Source of the DNA: the human T2T-CHM13v2.0 reference genome, Homo sapiens | Length of the DNA: 64,000 bases | Direction: 5' to 3' (one strand) | Assembly: GCF_009914755.1 (NCBI RefSeq) | Contig: NC_060942.1 | Shown here: piece after piece, positions 62,301-64,000 of the stretch | How positions within the stretch are numbered: position 1 is the stretch's first letter | How the letters are laid out: each line of letters starts with the position of its first letter | Program-made: the position numbers and the translations under genes | Notes under the pieces: generated by a model | What the model was told of the DNA's origin: nothing | Seen by the model: the letters and a program-made list of their open reading frames with translations, nothing else | Databases searched by the model: none

Positions 62301-64000
62301 TAACAACTAGACAGAAGCATTCCCAGAAACTTATTTGAGATGTGTGTACTTAACTAAGAGAATTGAACCACCGTTTTGAAGGAGCAGTTTGGAAACACTC
62401 TTTTTCTGGAATCTGCAAGTGGATATTTGGCTAGCTTTGGGGATTTCGCTGGAAGCGGGAATACATATAAAAAGCACACAGCAGCGTTCTGAGAAACTGC
62501 TTTCTGATGTTTGCATTCAAGTCAAAAGTTGAACACTCCCTTTCATAGAGCAGTCTTGAAACACCCCTTTTGTAGTATCTGGAACTGGAAATTTGGAGCG
62601 CTTTCAGGGCTAAGGTGAAAAAGGAAATATCTTCCCATAAAAACTGGACAGAAGCATTCTCAGAAACTTGTTTATGCTGTATCTACTCAACTAACAAAGT
62701 TGAACCTTTCTTTTGATAGAGCAGTTTTGAAATGCTCTTTTTGTGGAATCTGCAAGTGGATATTTGGCTAGTTTTGAGGATTTCGTTGGAAGCGGGAATT
62801 CATACAAATTGCAGACTGCAGCGTTCTGAGAAACATCTTTGTGATGTTTGTATTCAGGACACAGAGTTGAACATTCCCTATCATAGAGCAGGTTGGGATC
62901 ACTCCTTTTGTAGTATCTGGAAGTGGACATTTGGAGCGCTTTCAGGCCTATGTTGAAAAAGGAAAAATCTTCCCATAACAACTAGACAGAAGCATTCTCA
63001 GAAACTTGTTGGTGATGTGTTTCCTCTACTGACAGAGTTGAACCTTTCTTTTCATAGAGCAGTTTCGAAACACTCTTTTTGTAGAATCTGCAAGAGGATA
63101 TTTGCATAGCTCTGAGGATTTCGTGGGAAACGGGATTGTCTTCAGGTAAAACCTAGACAGAAGCATTCTCAGAAACTTCTTCGGGATGTTTGCATTCAAG
63201 TCACAGAGTAGAACATTCCCTTTGGTAGAGCAGGTTTGAAACACTCTTTTTGTAGTATCTGGAAGTGGACATTTGTTGCGCTTTCAGGCCTATGTTGGAA
63301 ACGGAAATATCTTCCCGTAACAACTAGGCAGAAGCATTCTCAGAAACTTATTTGAGATGTGTGTACTCAACTAAGAGAATTGAACCACCGTTTTGAAGGA
63401 GCAGTTTGGAAACACTCTTTTTCTGGAATCTGCAAGAGGATATTTGCCTAGCTTTGAGGATTTCGTTGGAAAAGGGATTGTCTTCAGATCAAATCTAGAC
63501 AGAAGCATTCTCAGAAACTTCTTTGGGATGTTTGCATTCAAGTCACAGAGTAGAACATTCCTTTGGTAGAGCAGGTTTGAAACACTCTTTTTTTAGTATA
63601 TGGAAGTGGACATTTGGAGCGCTTTCAGGCCTACGTTGGAAAAGGAAATATCTTCCCATAACAACTAGACGGAAGCATTCTCAGAAACTAGTTTCTGATG
63701 TGTGTCCTCAACTAACACAGTTGAACATTTCTTTAGACAGAACAGTTTTGAAACACTCTTTTTGTGGAATCTGCAAGTGGATATTTGGCTAGATTTGAGG
63801 ATTTCGTTGGAAACGGGATTACATATAAAAAGCAGACAGCAGCATTCTCAGAAACTTCTTTGTGATGATTGCATTCAAGTCACAGAATTGAACATTCCCT
63901 TTCACAGAGCAGGTTTGAAACACTCTTTTTGTAGTGTGTGTAAGTGGACATTTGGAGCGCTTTCCGGCCTAAGGTGAACAAGGAAATATCTTCCCATAAA

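Larger units (their letters stand above)
1..64000 (+). repeat. Alpha satellite higher-order repeat array (12-mer, 2034 bp, ~31.5 copies), head-to-tail in one orientation
   Basis: Alphoid motifs (CATTCTCAGAAAC, TTGAAACACTCTTTTTG, GGAATCTGCAAGTGGATATTTG) recur every 167-171 bp throughout. The same ORF anchor recurs at 476, 2510, 4544 ... 63523, giving 31 intervals: 25 x 2034, 1 x 2033, 3 x 2032, 1 x 1359 and 1 x 2709 bp. No non-alphoid sequence seen. Confidence 0.99.
1..64000. other. D18Z1: Probable human chromosome 18 active centromeric array D18Z1 (S2C18H1L, suprachromosomal family 2)
   Basis: Seen: dimer-based 12-mer with GAATTC at 1108 and 1783 (and every 2034 bp after), giving 675 and 1359 bp EcoRI fragments. 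Recalled knowledge: D18Z1 is described by ~0.68 kb and ~1.36 kb EcoRI repeats and as a 12-mer SF2 HOR. Not confirmed by database search. Confidence 0.78.

Noticed and set aside
476-63977. About 240 short ORFs (61-103 aa) on both strands
   Set aside because: They are translations of alpha satellite that recur with the HOR period, overlap each other on both strands, often use non-ATG starts, and are opened, closed or frameshifted by random SNVs and indels. No recognisable protein domain.
1-64000. CRISPR-like appearance of a conserved motif (CAGAAGCATTCTCAGAAAC) recurring at regular spacing
   Set aside because: The intervening sequences are homologous ~171-bp alphoid monomers repeating every 2034 bp, not unique spacers, and there are no cas genes.
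1-64000. Possible embedded L1/Alu insertion, inversion or other foreign element
   Set aside because: All anchor intervals are explained by 2034 bp plus or minus small indels or 675 bp, the orientation never flips, and no poly-A tail, target-site duplication or non-alphoid sequence was seen.
1-64000. Assignment to DXZ1, the other well-known 12-mer HOR of about 2 kb
   Set aside because: DXZ1 is ~2057 bp and pentamer-based (SF3). This array is 2034 bp with strict dimeric alternation of CENP-B box positions.

Overview
The whole 64 kb window is one uninterrupted, single-orientation array of primate centromeric alpha satellite. It is organised as a highly homogeneous 2034-bp, 12-monomer higher-order repeat (HOR), about 31.5 copies, with an underlying dimer: a CENP-B-box monomer alternates with an A-type monomer. 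The 12-mer length, the dimeric structure and two EcoRI sites per HOR (675 + 1359 bp fragments) best match human chromosome 18 D18Z1 (S2C18H1L); that assignment comes from recalled knowledge, not a search. I found no genes, RNA genes, transposons or CRISPR arrays, and all listed ORFs are artefacts of the repeat. I found no evidence of a new gene system. The information is in array structure: one 8-mer (-675 bp) and one 16-mer (+675 bp) variant HOR that both switch template within the same ~97%-identical internal homology block, a fixed dead CENP-B box, shared-SNV haplotypes recurring 1, 2, 3, 4, 8 and 14 HORs apart, and a ~2.3 kb patch of transversion-rich private substitutions. Variant positions were read by eye and should be confirmed by alignment.
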